DNA of 64,000 bases from positions 111,206 to 175,205 of the forward strand of contig JAYQPE010000004.1 in NCBI GenBank assembly GCA_038145175.1. Reading direction: 5' to 3'. The position numbers and the translations under genes are program-made. The notes below the pieces were generated by a model that saw only the letters and a program-made list of their open reading frames with translations, did not search any database and was not told where the DNA came from. Positions within the stretch are counted from its first letter, which is position 1; each line of letters begins with the position of its first letter. Positions 17,359 to 27,921 of the stretch are shown one piece after another. Source of the stretch: Actinomycetes bacterium. Its GTDB lineage: Bacteria > Actinomycetota > Actinomycetes > S36-B12 > UBA5976.

Positions 17359-18498
17359 ATGAGAGAAATTATTGAAAGTCTTCGAACTTGGTTTAATTCT
17401 GACCTTGATTTCACAATTGCTACAGTAACGCGAACTTGGAGTTCTTCTCCACGTCCCATCGGTGCTGCAATGGCTGTTTCTAAAAATGAAGAAATTGTGG
17501 GAAGTGTTTCAGGTGGCTGTGTTGAAGGTGCCTTATTTGAAGCATCTCTTGAAGTTTTAAAAGATGGTAAGCCAAAAGTATTGATGTATGGCGTAAGCGA
17601 TGATGATGCAATAGAAGTTGGTTTAACCTGTGGTGGAACTATTGAACTTTTTGTTCAACTTGTTAATAAAAAAACTTTTCCAAATTTTAATGAAGTAGCA
17701 GATACAATTCTCAAAGATTTACCTATCGCCATTGCAACTATAACAAGTGGCAGTGAAAATATTGGTTGTCGAATAATTTTATTTCAAAATTCTTTTGAAG
17801 GCAGCCTAAATAATGCAGGTCTGGAAGAATCTGTTTTAGAAGATGCTCGTGGACTATTGAATCATGGTAATACTAGAACTTTAAAATTTGGAGTCAATGG
17901 TGAAAGAAGAATAGATAATGTAAATATATTTGTAGAATCTTTTGCACGAGCTCCAAGAATGATAGTTTTTGGTGCAATAGATTTTGCAACAGCTGTAGCA
18001 AATATTGGAAAGTTTTTAGGTTATTACGTAATAGTTTGTGATGCCCGACCAATATTTGCCACTAAACGCAGATTTCCAAATGCTGATGAAATTATAGTTT
18101 CTTGGCCACATAAATATCTTTCAAGTATTGAAGTTGACGAAAGAACTGTACTTTGTGTTTTAACCCATGATCCTAAATTTGATATACCACTTTTAGAAAT
18201 AGCTTTAAAAACCAAAGCAGGATATATCGGGGCTATGGGAAGTAGAAGAACTCATGAAGATCGTTTAAAAAAATTACAAGAAATTGGAATTTCTAAAAAT
18301 GAACTTTCTAGACTTAGATCACCAATTGGTTTAGATCTTGGGGCAAGAACTCCGGAAGAAACGGCAGTGTCTATAGCTGCTGAAATTATTTCAAATATTT
18401 ATGGTGGAACAAATAATTCTTTATCTACAAATTCAAATTTAAAAATTCATAAAGATTCTTTAGCAAGTGAGAATGAATTACCACCTAAGTTAAATTAA
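17359..18498 (+). CDS. XdhC/CoxI-family protein (canonical)
   Basis: SSPRPIGA, GSVSGGCVE, GLTCGGTIELFV, LTHDPKFD, GAMGSRRT, SPIGLDLGARTPEETAVSIAAE. Confidence 0.92.
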   Translation: MREIIESLRTWFNSDLDFTIATVTRTWSSSPRPIGAAMAVSKNEEIVGSVSGGCVEGALFEASLEVLKDGKPKVLMYGVSDDDAIEVGLTCGGTIELFVQLVNKKTFPNFNEVADTILKDLPIAIATITSGSENIGCRIILFQNSFEGSLNNAGLEESVLEDARGLLNHGNTRTLKFGVNGERRIDNVNIFVESFARAPRMIVFGAIDFATAVANIGKFLGYYVIVCDARPIFATKRRFPNADEIIVSWPHKYLSSIEVDERTVLCVLTHDPKFDIPLLEIALKTKAGYIGAMGSRRTHEDRLKKLQEIGISKNELSRLRSPIGLDLGARTPEETAVSIAAEIISNIYGGTNNSLSTNSNLKIHKDSLASENELPPKLN

Positions 18499-18501
18499 AA
18501 C

Positions 18502-18990
18502 TTAGTTTTCTCTTTTGTGATCTCCACCATTAATTTGATCTAAAGTATGTTCTAAAATTGGCATGATTACTTCCAAACCATCTTTCACTCCACCTATTGA
18601 TCCAGGTAAATTAATTATCAACGTTTTATTTGCAATACCTGCAATACCTCTTGAAATAATTGCAGTTGGTATCCCTTTTTTCACACCATAATTTCTTATA
18701 GCTTCAGCAATTCCAGGTGATTCACGTTGAATAACTTTTTTTGTCATTTCAGGAGTCAAATCCATTGGTGTATGACCTGTTCCACCAGTAGTAATAACAA
18801 TATCTTTTAAATTATTTACAGCTTCTTGTAATTTTTGAGTAACTATTTCCCCATCTGAAATAACTAGAGGTCCTTCTACTTCTAGTCCAGCATTTGTTAG
18901 CGTTTCAAATATTAAAGGTCCAGAAGTATCTTCCCAAACACCTTGAGCAGCTCTTGTGGAAACTGTTATTACCAAAGCTTTATATTTCAT
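18502..18990 (-). CDS. moaB: molybdopterin adenylyltransferase MoaB/Mog
   Basis: EDTSGP, TTGGTGHTPMDLTPE, SRGIAG, NLPGS motifs. Start set 2 bp after the moaA stop. Confidence 0.88.
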   Translation of the reverse strand: MKYKALVITVSTRAAQGVWEDTSGPLIFETLTNAGLEVEGPLVISDGEIVTQKLQEAVNNLKDIVITTGGTGHTPMDLTPEMTKKVIQRESPGIAEAIRNYGVKKGIPTAIISRGIAGIANKTLIINLPGSIGGVKDGLEVIMPILEHTLDQINGGDHKREN

Positions 18991-18991
18991 T

Positions 18992-19993
18992 TCATCCCCC
19001 AATAGCAGACATTGGGCGTTGAGGTTTGATAAAAGTTGGCAAATTAATTTGATGGCCGGCTAATTTATCTTTTACCGTTTGTTGTAAAACACTGGTAATT
19101 TTTGTTACTTTTTCTTCATTATTTAATTGATTACTTCTCAAAATATCTCTTAAATTAGACTCAGTTCTAGAAAAAAGGCAAGAACGAATTTGGCCATCTG
19201 AAGTTAATCTAAGTCGATCACACGATCCACAAAATGGCTTACTAATACTTGCAATAATTCCCACATATTGCGGTCCGCCATTTATTAAAAATTTTTCTGC
19301 CGGAGCTGATCCTCGAGTTGGGACAGCACTTAAATTATAAATATTTTTTAAGGAATCAAATATTTCATCTGCGGTAATAAAATTATTTCGGCTCCAAGCA
19401 TTACCTGCATCAAGAGGCATTTGCTCAATAAATCTAAGTTCTAATTCAGATTCAAGTGCCCATTTTACTAACGCTGGTGCTTCGTCATCATTTATTCCTC
19501 GTAATAAAACTGAATTTATTTTTATAGGTTTTAATCCAGATTTTTTAGCTGCTTCAATACCTTTAAATACATCTTGTATGCGATTTCGTTTCGTAATTTC
19601 CATAAAACGATCTGCTTGTAAAGTGTCTAAACTTACGTTAATTCTTTTTAATCCCGCATCTACAAGTTCCTCAGCTTTTTTAGCTAAGGCAAGTCCGTTA
19701 GTAGTCATAGATATTTCCGGCGGATTTTTAATTTCATTAATTTGTGCCACAATTTCAACAATGTCTGGACGGATAAGTGGTTCTCCACCAGTAAGTCGTA
19801 TTTCGGTGATTCCACAATCAACAGCAATTTTTATTACTTCTACTAATTCAGGTGTTGTTAAATGATCTTTTGATGGAATCCAAAGATTAAAATCTTCAGG
19901 CATACAATATGAGCATCTCAAATTACATTTATCGGTAAGTGAAATTCTTAAGTCTTTATGCACTCGACCAAAAGAATCGATTAGTTGTGTCAT
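18992..19993 (-). CDS. moaA: GTP 3',8-cyclase MoaA
   Basis: Radical SAM CNLRCSYC, RLTGGEP, FCGSCDRLR and C-terminal MSAIGG; ATGA overlap with moaE. Confidence 0.96.
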   Translation of the reverse strand: MTQLIDSFGRVHKDLRISLTDKCNLRCSYCMPEDFNLWIPSKDHLTTPELVEVIKIAVDCGITEIRLTGGEPLIRPDIVEIVAQINEIKNPPEISMTTNGLALAKKAEELVDAGLKRINVSLDTLQADRFMEITKRNRIQDVFKGIEAAKKSGLKPIKINSVLLRGINDDEAPALVKWALESELELRFIEQMPLDAGNAWSRNNFITADEIFDSLKNIYNLSAVPTRGSAPAEKFLINGGPQYVGIIASISKPFCGSCDRLRLTSDGQIRSCLFSRTESNLRDILRSNQLNNEEKVTKITSVLQQTVKDKLAGHQINLPTFIKPQRPMSAIGG

Positions 19994-20409
19994 GCTGAAT
20001 TCACCCACTCATCACTTCCGTCTTCAAAATATTGATGCTTCCATATGGGTAATTTCTCTTTAACACGACTAACCGCTACAGAGCAGGCATTAAAAGCAAC
20101 ATCACGATGTTTCGAAGCAACTATAACCGCAAAAGCTATATCTTGAATTTGTAAGATTCCAAATCTATGCACCATTACTAAAGACTCAAGTTTAAATTCT
20201 TGAATTAATTCATTTGCAATTGATTGCAAAACTTTTTCTGCGCTAGGATGGATTTCATAATCCAATGATTTAACATTTTTATTATTATCATGATTTCTGA
20301 CATTTCCAGAAAAAACAACAATTGCGCCACTTGCAGAATTTACAGCAGATTTTCTAAGTTCATCTAAATCAATTTGTTCATCAGTTACTGCAGTATAGGT
20401 ATAGGTCAT
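19990..20409 (-). CDS. moaE: molybdopterin synthase catalytic subunit MoaE
   Basis: GAIVVFSGNVRNH, HRFG, HRDVAF, KLPIWKHQYFEDGSDEWV. Confidence 0.93.
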   Translation of the reverse strand: MTYTYTAVTDEQIDLDELRKSAVNSASGAIVVFSGNVRNHDNNKNVKSLDYEIHPSAEKVLQSIANELIQEFKLESLVMVHRFGILQIQDIAFAVIVASKHRDVAFNACSVAVSRVKEKLPIWKHQYFEDGSDEWVNSA

Positions 20410-20440
20410 TGTTTTGTTTCCCAAACTCCATTTTTATGCT

Positions 20441-21607
20441 CTAACAAGAGAGCCATCTAACTAGTGTTCCTTTTTCATTTAACCCAGGAGGCAATATTGC
20501 AAAGCCAGAAGAATTTGCTAAACCTCTTAACATCGCCGAACCTAAAAATTTTGCGGGCATAAATTCCCCATTAATCACATTTCCTGGTATTTGACGCGAA
20601 AATCCTGTTGGAGTAGAAATTTCTACTCCCATTTTAATAAAAATCTCTTTTTCTTTTTTTCTTCCTAATAATGAGTAAATTAAAGGAATTCCAAATGAGG
20701 TCAAAGAAGAAATAGCAGATAAAGGATTTCCAGGAAGTGAAATTACAATAATTGTTTTCCCGCTTTTATTTAATACGGTATTTATCAAAATATGATATCC
20801 GGGACGAACTTTTACTCTATCTATTAAAAATTTACCATTAAATTTTTCAATCATAGGTTTTACAAAATCTCTTGGTCCATCAGCTGTTCCACCTGTAGTG
20901 ATGATAATTTCACTAGAATCTATTTCTTTATCAAAGAGATTAATTAATGTGTTTAAATCATCTTTCACAAAATAAGTTTTATTTATTTCTACCCCGTAAT
21001 TTAAAAGAAAAGAGGGAAGTTGTATTCCTAGTGCATCTCGAATTTGACCATCTTTGGGTATACCTTGCTCTAATAATTCATCTCCTAGAATAAAAATAGA
21101 AACTTTAGGTTTAACAACAACTTTAACTTCATCGACTCCACTCGCTGCAAATAATCCAAGATGAAAGGGATTTATCTTTTCACCTGCTCCAAGCAGTAAA
21201 TCTCCTGTATTACATTCTGCTCCAGCTTCCCGAATATTTTCACCCATTTTTGAATCACCAGTTATTAATCCATCTTTTTCAACAGTTTTTTCCCAAGGAA
21301 TTACTGCTTCACCACCAAACGGTAAAACTCCGCCTGTAGCTATGCGCATTGTTTCTCCAGATTTAAGTTGTGTTGATTCTTTTGTTCCGGTAATAACTTC
21401 ACCAATAATTTTCCAAGGACCAGATCCTGAAACAACCCAACCATCCATTGCAGATGTCCTATACGCAGGAACAACTGTTAGTGCTAAAACATTTTCAAAT
21501 AAAATTCTGTCAACTGCTTGATTTATTGATATTTTTTCAAATTGTAAACTCTTAAATGTACTTTCACAAATTTCACGAGCTTCTTGCCAAGAACGTTCAC
21601 TCTTCAT
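20441..21607 (-). CDS. moeA: molybdopterin molybdotransferase MoeA
   Basis: SAMDGW, RIATGGVLP, GDELL, TTGGTADG, LPGNPLSA, SAMLRGLA. Confidence 0.92.
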   Translation of the reverse strand: MKSERSWQEAREICESTFKSLQFEKISINQAVDRILFENVLALTVVPAYRTSAMDGWVVSGSGPWKIIGEVITGTKESTQLKSGETMRIATGGVLPFGGEAVIPWEKTVEKDGLITGDSKMGENIREAGAECNTGDLLLGAGEKINPFHLGLFAASGVDEVKVVVKPKVSIFILGDELLEQGIPKDGQIRDALGIQLPSFLLNYGVEINKTYFVKDDLNTLINLFDKEIDSSEIIITTGGTADGPRDFVKPMIEKFNGKFLIDRVKVRPGYHILINTVLNKSGKTIIVISLPGNPLSAISSLTSFGIPLIYSLLGRKKEKEIFIKMGVEISTPTGFSRQIPGNVINGEFMPAKFLGSAMLRGLANSSGFAILPPGLNEKGTLVRWLSC

Positions 21608-21778
21608 TACTTCATTATGTCACTTGTTCAATTGTGCTACTATAAAAACCTGTGGGAATGACTGGGACAGACCGGTTCTTACAATCCAAAATCAAAAAAT
21701 CTTTGAGGTGTTTTGTCATGGAAAAAAATATTTCTAAATTTTATTTCATAACTAATATTAATAAAATATTTAAATAGT

Positions 21779-22522
21779 ATGGATTTATTTTTTATTGCGC
21801 TTTTAATTTGTTTTCTTATAATTTCAATTCTTTACTCTTCTGTGGGGCACGCAGGAGCATCTGGTTACCTAGCCACAATGGCTATTTTTGGATTATCACC
21901 TTTAATAATGAGACCTACGGCTCTAGCGTTAAATATATTAGTATCGAGCATTGTCACATTTAGATTTTCGCAAGCAAATTTAATTAAATGGAAAACTCTA
22001 ATTCCACTAATTATTACTTCAATTCCCATGGCTTTTATAGGAGGAAGGATTATACTTGCAGAAAATATTTATAAACCAATTCTGGGAATAGTCTTATTAT
22101 TTGCTTCATTAAGATTATTTCAAACTGCTAAAAAAAATTCTGTAGCAGTTGATTTTTTTAAAAATATTTCAACTCCATTTTTACTTTTTATTGGAGCAAT
22201 TTTAGGTTTACTCTCAGGAATAACAGGAACTGGCGGTGGAATATTTCTCACACCATTACTTGTAATTTTTGGGATTGCTGGTGCTAGAACTGCAGGTGGA
22301 CTTTCTGCTGCATTTATTTTAGTTAATTCGATTTCTGGGCTAGTTGGAAATTATTCGTCTGTCCAAAACTTGCCTGAAAATCTTGTTTACTCTTTAATTA
22401 TTGTTGCGATTGGCGGTTTTATTGGCTCTGGTTTAGGTGTAAAAAAATTAGGTCATCCGGCGCTAAAAATATTATTAGGTTTAGTACTTGTTATTGCAGG
22501 TATAAAATTAATTTTGTTGTGA
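21779..22522 (+). CDS. sulfite exporter TauE/SafE (TSUP) family permease
   Basis: VGHAGASGYLA, GLLSGITGTGGGIFLTP, 8 TM segments. Confidence 0.88.
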   Translation: MDLFFIALLICFLIISILYSSVGHAGASGYLATMAIFGLSPLIMRPTALALNILVSSIVTFRFSQANLIKWKTLIPLIITSIPMAFIGGRIILAENIYKPILGIVLLFASLRLFQTAKKNSVAVDFFKNISTPFLLFIGAILGLLSGITGTGGGIFLTPLLVIFGIAGARTAGGLSAAFILVNSISGLVGNYSSVQNLPENLVYSLIIVAIGGFIGSGLGVKKLGHPALKILLGLVLVIAGIKLILL

Positions 22523-22665
22523 ATAATTAATTTGATTCTTTTCTAATTCTGTTATTTTATTGTGCAGTTTAAGCATCATGTAGAACATGATGCTATCTAA
22601 AGTAATCATGATTGCCATCACGGTCCACATTAAAGACATGTTATGCAAAAAAGAATTATGCATAA

Positions 22666-23589
22666 TTACTCCTGTTTCAAAATTGATCTATGAACATTTA
22701 TTGCTTCTGCAAGTATAGATATCGCAATTTCACTCGGGTTTGCTGCACCAATACTTAAACCAGCCGGGCCATGTACCCGAGATAAATCAGTTATTTCTTT
22801 AAATGTTATTAACCAATTTGCTCTATTTTCTTGCATGGCTCGAGATCCTAAAGCACCGATATAGCCAGCGTTACTTTCTAGTGCCGAAGCAAGATTTGAA
22901 CTTGACTGTTCAACATCATGTCCCATTATTACCACTGAATCGATTGAAGTAAGATTCGCCACAAGTCCCTTAACATTTTCTGGACGTGGATCTGTTTTTA
23001 CTTGCCAACCTAATAATTTGGCATTTAATTGAAGCGCATTTGCAATTGGCCCTGTTCCAGCAATTATCAATTTTGGTGTTGGCCGAAGTATTGTAACTAC
23101 TGAATTATCAAATTCAACTACTTTACTATCCCCTGTCAAAAATAATTCTTGTATATCTGCAGCAGCTGTTCCAATATTTTCTTTGGAAAAAATTTCTATT
23201 TTTTCAATAATTAAATCTTTGTGATAAACAACAATTGCAACACTTTTTCTATTGAATAATATTTTCCATAAATCTTCAGGAAATTGATGAGCTGGTGCAA
23301 TAATAAAACGGGAGACAGAATTTAATGGCAAATTTGAAATACTTGCTTCTAATGGACCAACTATTAAATTAGCTAATCTACCTTTCGTGAGCTCTCTTTC
23401 AGCAATGTCTTGAAGTTGACCATCAAATACTCCACCTGCAACTGAGCCAACTCTTCCTCCACCTTGAGTTATCGCAATTGAGTCACTTGCAATTACATTG
23501 TTTAGAAATTCAGATGAAACTAACCAGGCAATGTCAGTTCTTGTATTTGCTCGAAGGCAAGCCTCTACACTTAGCGCTAAATCATACAT
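22666..23589 (-). CDS. divergent XdhC-family protein
   Basis: GRVGSVAGG, IIAGTGPIA, GYIGALGSR, GPAGLSIGAANPSEIAISILAE; lacks both N-domain Cys. Confidence 0.85.
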   Translation of the reverse strand: MYDLALSVEACLRANTRTDIAWLVSSEFLNNVIASDSIAITQGGGRVGSVAGGVFDGQLQDIAERELTKGRLANLIVGPLEASISNLPLNSVSRFIIAPAHQFPEDLWKILFNRKSVAIVVYHKDLIIEKIEIFSKENIGTAAADIQELFLTGDSKVVEFDNSVVTILRPTPKLIIAGTGPIANALQLNAKLLGWQVKTDPRPENVKGLVANLTSIDSVVIMGHDVEQSSSNLASALESNAGYIGALGSRAMQENRANWLITFKEITDLSRVHGPAGLSIGAANPSEIAISILAEAINVHRSILKQE

Positions 23590-23640
23590 TTCATTAGTAT
23601 ATAAACTAAGCAAAATTTGCAAAATAACGTTGGAGCGAAC

Positions 23641-23877
23641 GTGGTAACAGTGAACTTTTATGCTTCGGCAAAAGGTTTAGTAGGTGTTCCAGCTTTACAA
23701 GTGGAATCTGATTCCTTTGAAAAAATATTAGATAAATTGAAGAAAGATTATCCAAATTTAAATAAAATATTACCTAGTTGTACTTTTCTTGTTAATGGCA
23801 ATTTAGTTAAAAAATTTGATTTAATGGTAGATAGTGGTTCTAATATTGACATTTTGCCAGCATTTGCAGGAGGTTAA
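23641..23877 (+). CDS. moaD: MoaD/ThiS sulfur carrier
   Basis: Ubiquitin-like, DILPAFAGG C-terminus; GGAG SD before GTG at 23641. Confidence 0.9.
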   Translation: MVTVNFYASAKGLVGVPALQVESDSFEKILDKLKKDYPNLNKILPSCTFLVNGNLVKKFDLMVDSGSNIDILPAFAGG

Positions 23878-23892
23878 TATTATTCAAATAAG

Positions 23893-23966
23893 TGCCCTCG
23901 GTGGGACTCGAACCCACACTTGACAGATTTTAAGTCTGCTGCCTCTGCCGATTGGGCTACGAGGGC
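23893..23966 (-). tRNA. tRNA-Leu(TAA), short variable arm
   Basis: Cloverleaf GCCCTCG...CTTAAAA loop...GTTCGAGT...CGAGGGCA; lies at the conserved actinobacterial position downstream of ppx. Confidence 0.93.
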
Positions 23967-23984
23967 AATAGGTACAGATTACTT

Positions 23985-24692
23985 TCAGGCTGAAATCAGT
24001 TTGCGAGCAGAGCCAAAGACTGAATCAAACATGCTTTCAGTAAGTCTGCCAGTAAAGGTGTTTTGTTGACTTGGGTGGTAGCTACCCAAAAGTGTTATTT
24101 GATGATTGTTTTTTTGAAAAACAATTTTTGCGCCATGAAAAAATTTGGTTTTTGTTTTTGCCACAAATCCCTGATCTTTCAAAATCTCTAAAGATTGTTT
24201 CCAGGCAAAACTTCCCAATGCAATTACTACTTTTAGATTGTTTTCAATTAATTGCCATTCGATATCAAACCAATTTTTACAATTATCACGTTCTTTAATA
24301 TTGGGTTTATTATCTGGTGGGGCACATCTTACTGCTGTTAAAACTCTGGCATTTATTAATTTAAGTCCATCTTTTTTGTTTATTGATTCTGGTTTGTTTG
24401 CAAAACCTTGTTTATTCATTGCTCTATATAACCAATCACCACTTCTATCTCCGGTAAAAATACGGCCAGTTCTATTTGCACCATGAGCACCTGGGGCAAG
24501 GCCTACCACTAACAATTTTGGTTTTGAATCCCCAAAACCTGGAACTGGTTTTCCCCAATAAGTTTCATTTTCATAGGATTTTCTTTTTTCTCGAGCTACG
24601 TTTCGAGTCCATTTAACAAGTCTGGGACATTTTTGACAATCACAAATTGCTTTTTCTAACTTTGTTAAATTATTTATTGAACTTGCGACCAA
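23985..24692 (-). CDS. udgB: uracil-DNA glycosylase family 5 (UdgB-like, 4Fe-4S)
   Basis: CQKCPRL, YWGKPVPGFG, GLAPGAHGANRTGRIFTGD, RCAPPDNKP, YHPSQQNT. Confidence 0.92.
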   Translation of the reverse strand: MVASSINNLTKLEKAICDCQKCPRLVKWTRNVAREKRKSYENETYWGKPVPGFGDSKPKLLVVGLAPGAHGANRTGRIFTGDRSGDWLYRAMNKQGFANKPESINKKDGLKLINARVLTAVRCAPPDNKPNIKERDNCKNWFDIEWQLIENNLKVVIALGSFAWKQSLEILKDQGFVAKTKTKFFHGAKIVFQKNNHQITLLGSYHPSQQNTFTGRLTESMFDSVFGSARKLISA

Positions 24693-25597
24693 GCCACACC
24701 GTCCAAAATATCTCTTTCACTAGCTATTAAATTTTTTGCACCAATTGCATACATTACTTCATCTAAAACAATTGCACCAGCTGTGATTACTTCAATTCTT
24801 CCTTCATGCATATAAGGAAGTTTTTTTCTCTCATCAATTGTAAGAGAAATAAAGTCTTTTACAGTTTGGCTAATTTGATCATTTGTAATTGATGCACCAT
24901 GCAAAATATCTGGATCATATTTAGTTAAACCTAAGCTATGGGCTGCAACTGTGGTGACTGTTCCTGCAACTCCAACAACAGTTATTGCTTTATTCCAGTC
25001 AACTTTTTCTTTAGCTTTAGCTAACTCTTTTTGAATATCACTTCTGATCGCTTCTTCTTGTTCTTTGGTGGGATTTCCTCCAGGAGCATGACGTTCTGTC
25101 ATTCGAACACATCCCACATTCATGGAATATGCTCCCTCGATTTCTTTATCCCCCACAACTAATTCAGTCGATCCTCCACCTAAATCAATAATTAAAAATG
25201 GTGCAGGATGTTTACTTCTTAAAGATTTTGTTGCTCCATCAAAAGACAGTTTTGCTTCTAAAGTTCCAGGAATAACTTCAGGAACTACTCTTAATCGATC
25301 AATTACACCTTTTATAAACATCGCTTTATTTAACGCATCTCTAGTTGCTGAAGTTGCAACGAATTTCAAATGCTCCACATTATGTTTTTTTAATAATTCT
25401 TCATATTCATCAATTGCTTTAAAAGTTCTTTCTAAGGCACGAGGAGAAAAGGCTTTTGTTTTATCTACACCTTCACCAAGGCGCACTATGCGCATTTCTC
25501 TAACTACATCTTTATCAATATTTTTATCTTTATCTATATCTGAAATGAGTAAACGAATTGAATTAGTTCCACAATCTATTGCTGCAACTCGTTTCAT
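24674..25597 (-). CDS. ppx: Ppx/GppA family exopolyphosphatase
   Basis: AAIDCGTNSIRLL, ATSATRDA, DLGGGSTE, ERDILDG. Confidence 0.93.
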   Translation of the reverse strand: MKRVAAIDCGTNSIRLLISDIDKDKNIDKDVVREMRIVRLGEGVDKTKAFSPRALERTFKAIDEYEELLKKHNVEHLKFVATSATRDALNKAMFIKGVIDRLRVVPEVIPGTLEAKLSFDGATKSLRSKHPAPFLIIDLGGGSTELVVGDKEIEGAYSMNVGCVRMTERHAPGGNPTKEQEEAIRSDIQKELAKAKEKVDWNKAITVVGVAGTVTTVAAHSLGLTKYDPDILHGASITNDQISQTVKDFISLTIDERKKLPYMHEGRIEVITAGAIVLDEVMYAIGAKNLIASERDILDGVAWSQVQ

Positions 25598-26085
25598 AAT
25601 TTGTCCTCGATGCAAGATTTTTTATACCAGTTACCTAATCTTTCCAAAGCATCATCACCCACTGGATTTATCCCTTTACCTACTGCTAAAGAGTGAGCAA
25701 CTAAAGCATGTAAACATTTAACTCGATCTGGCATTCCACCTGCTGAAATATTATTAATTTCTTCATTTTCACCGTATTGATTTCGTCTATTTAAATAATC
25801 AAGATGAGCTAATTTATATTTTTCTAGAAAATCTTTATCAGTCCTTAATCTTTCTTCATATTCTTTCATTAATCCTGATGCCTCTAAAGAGCCGATCAGA
25901 GAATTTAAAGTGGCACAAGTTAGGTAGAAATGAGTAGGGAAAGGTTCACCATCATCTAAAGACGGTTTAGTTGAAACCACACAAGGATTTCCACATTTAC
26001 ATCTGTTACTAACTTCAATTAATCCTCTGGGAGTCCTATTTAATTGAACAGTTATGGCCGTTATATCTTTTTGATCCACACTCAT
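25594..26085 (-). CDS. DUF501 family protein
   Basis: QLNRTPRG, PFPTHFYLTC, GGMPDRVKCLHAL; conserved position between divIC and ppx. Confidence 0.92.
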   Translation of the reverse strand: MSVDQKDITAITVQLNRTPRGLIEVSNRCKCGNPCVVSTKPSLDDGEPFPTHFYLTCATLNSLIGSLEASGLMKEYEERLRTDKDFLEKYKLAHLDYLNRRNQYGENEEINNISAGGMPDRVKCLHALVAHSLAVGKGINPVGDDALERLGNWYKKSCIEDKL

Positions 26086-26549
26086 TTAGGTGCATTCGGT
26101 CTGATAATTAATTTTTCATTGGCATCATATTTCTTAACTCCAGTGTCTGCTTCAAGCCAAGAATCATAAAGATTTAGATACCAAGGTTGGGCAGGTATTG
26201 ATTCTCCAGACCAAGCAGAAACACTAGGTGCAGTAGTAACTGGTTGAGGATTTCCATCAAGTCCAATTACATTAAATACAATTTCACCTGGCAAAACATA
26301 ATGCAGACGAGCTCTTGCTTGAGCAGCGACAAAATTTGGATCTTGCCATTTAGCTTGAACATCTTTTAGCATTTGTACTTGCTTTTCACTTTGCGCAACT
26401 TGAATTTTTAATGCTTCAATTCTTGCTCTTTGAGCAACTAAATCTCTAATAGGAGAAGCAAGCATCAAGATAAGAATTATTACTGCAGAGAGAAGAACTA
26501 CAAGCCTTCCGTTAATTGAAGGTCGTTGAATTCTTCTTGGTTGTTTCAT
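26082..26549 (-). CDS. ftsB: septum formation initiator DivIC/FtsB
   Basis: TM + coiled coil + WQDPNFVAAQARARLHYVLPGE; follows eno. Confidence 0.85.
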   Translation of the reverse strand: MKQPRRIQRPSINGRLVVLLSAVIILILMLASPIRDLVAQRARIEALKIQVAQSEKQVQMLKDVQAKWQDPNFVAAQARARLHYVLPGEIVFNVIGLDGNPQPVTTAPSVSAWSGESIPAQPWYLNLYDSWLEADTGVKKYDANEKLIIRPNAPK

Positions 26550-26567
26550 ACCTTCTAATTAACTACT

Positions 26568-27881
<1,314 letters not shown>

Positions 27882-27921
27882 TCAACTGGTGCAGACATTA
27901 AAAGTGTGTAAATTTATAAGC

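Noticed and set aside
21608-21778. Moco riboswitch upstream of moeA
   Set aside because: I could not fold the region into the Moco RNA motif on either strand; only a short tggga direct repeat is visible. An Infernal search would be decisive.
22572-22594. 9-bp inverted repeat agcatcatg-tagaa-catgatgct between convergent tauE and xdhC
   Set aside because: Low-GC stem without a U-tract; it could be a weak terminator but cannot be supported.
23893-23966. bldA-style TTA-codon regulation by tRNA-Leu(TAA)
   Set aside because: TTA is one of the most frequent Leu codons throughout this AT-rich window, so it cannot act as a rare-codon switch.
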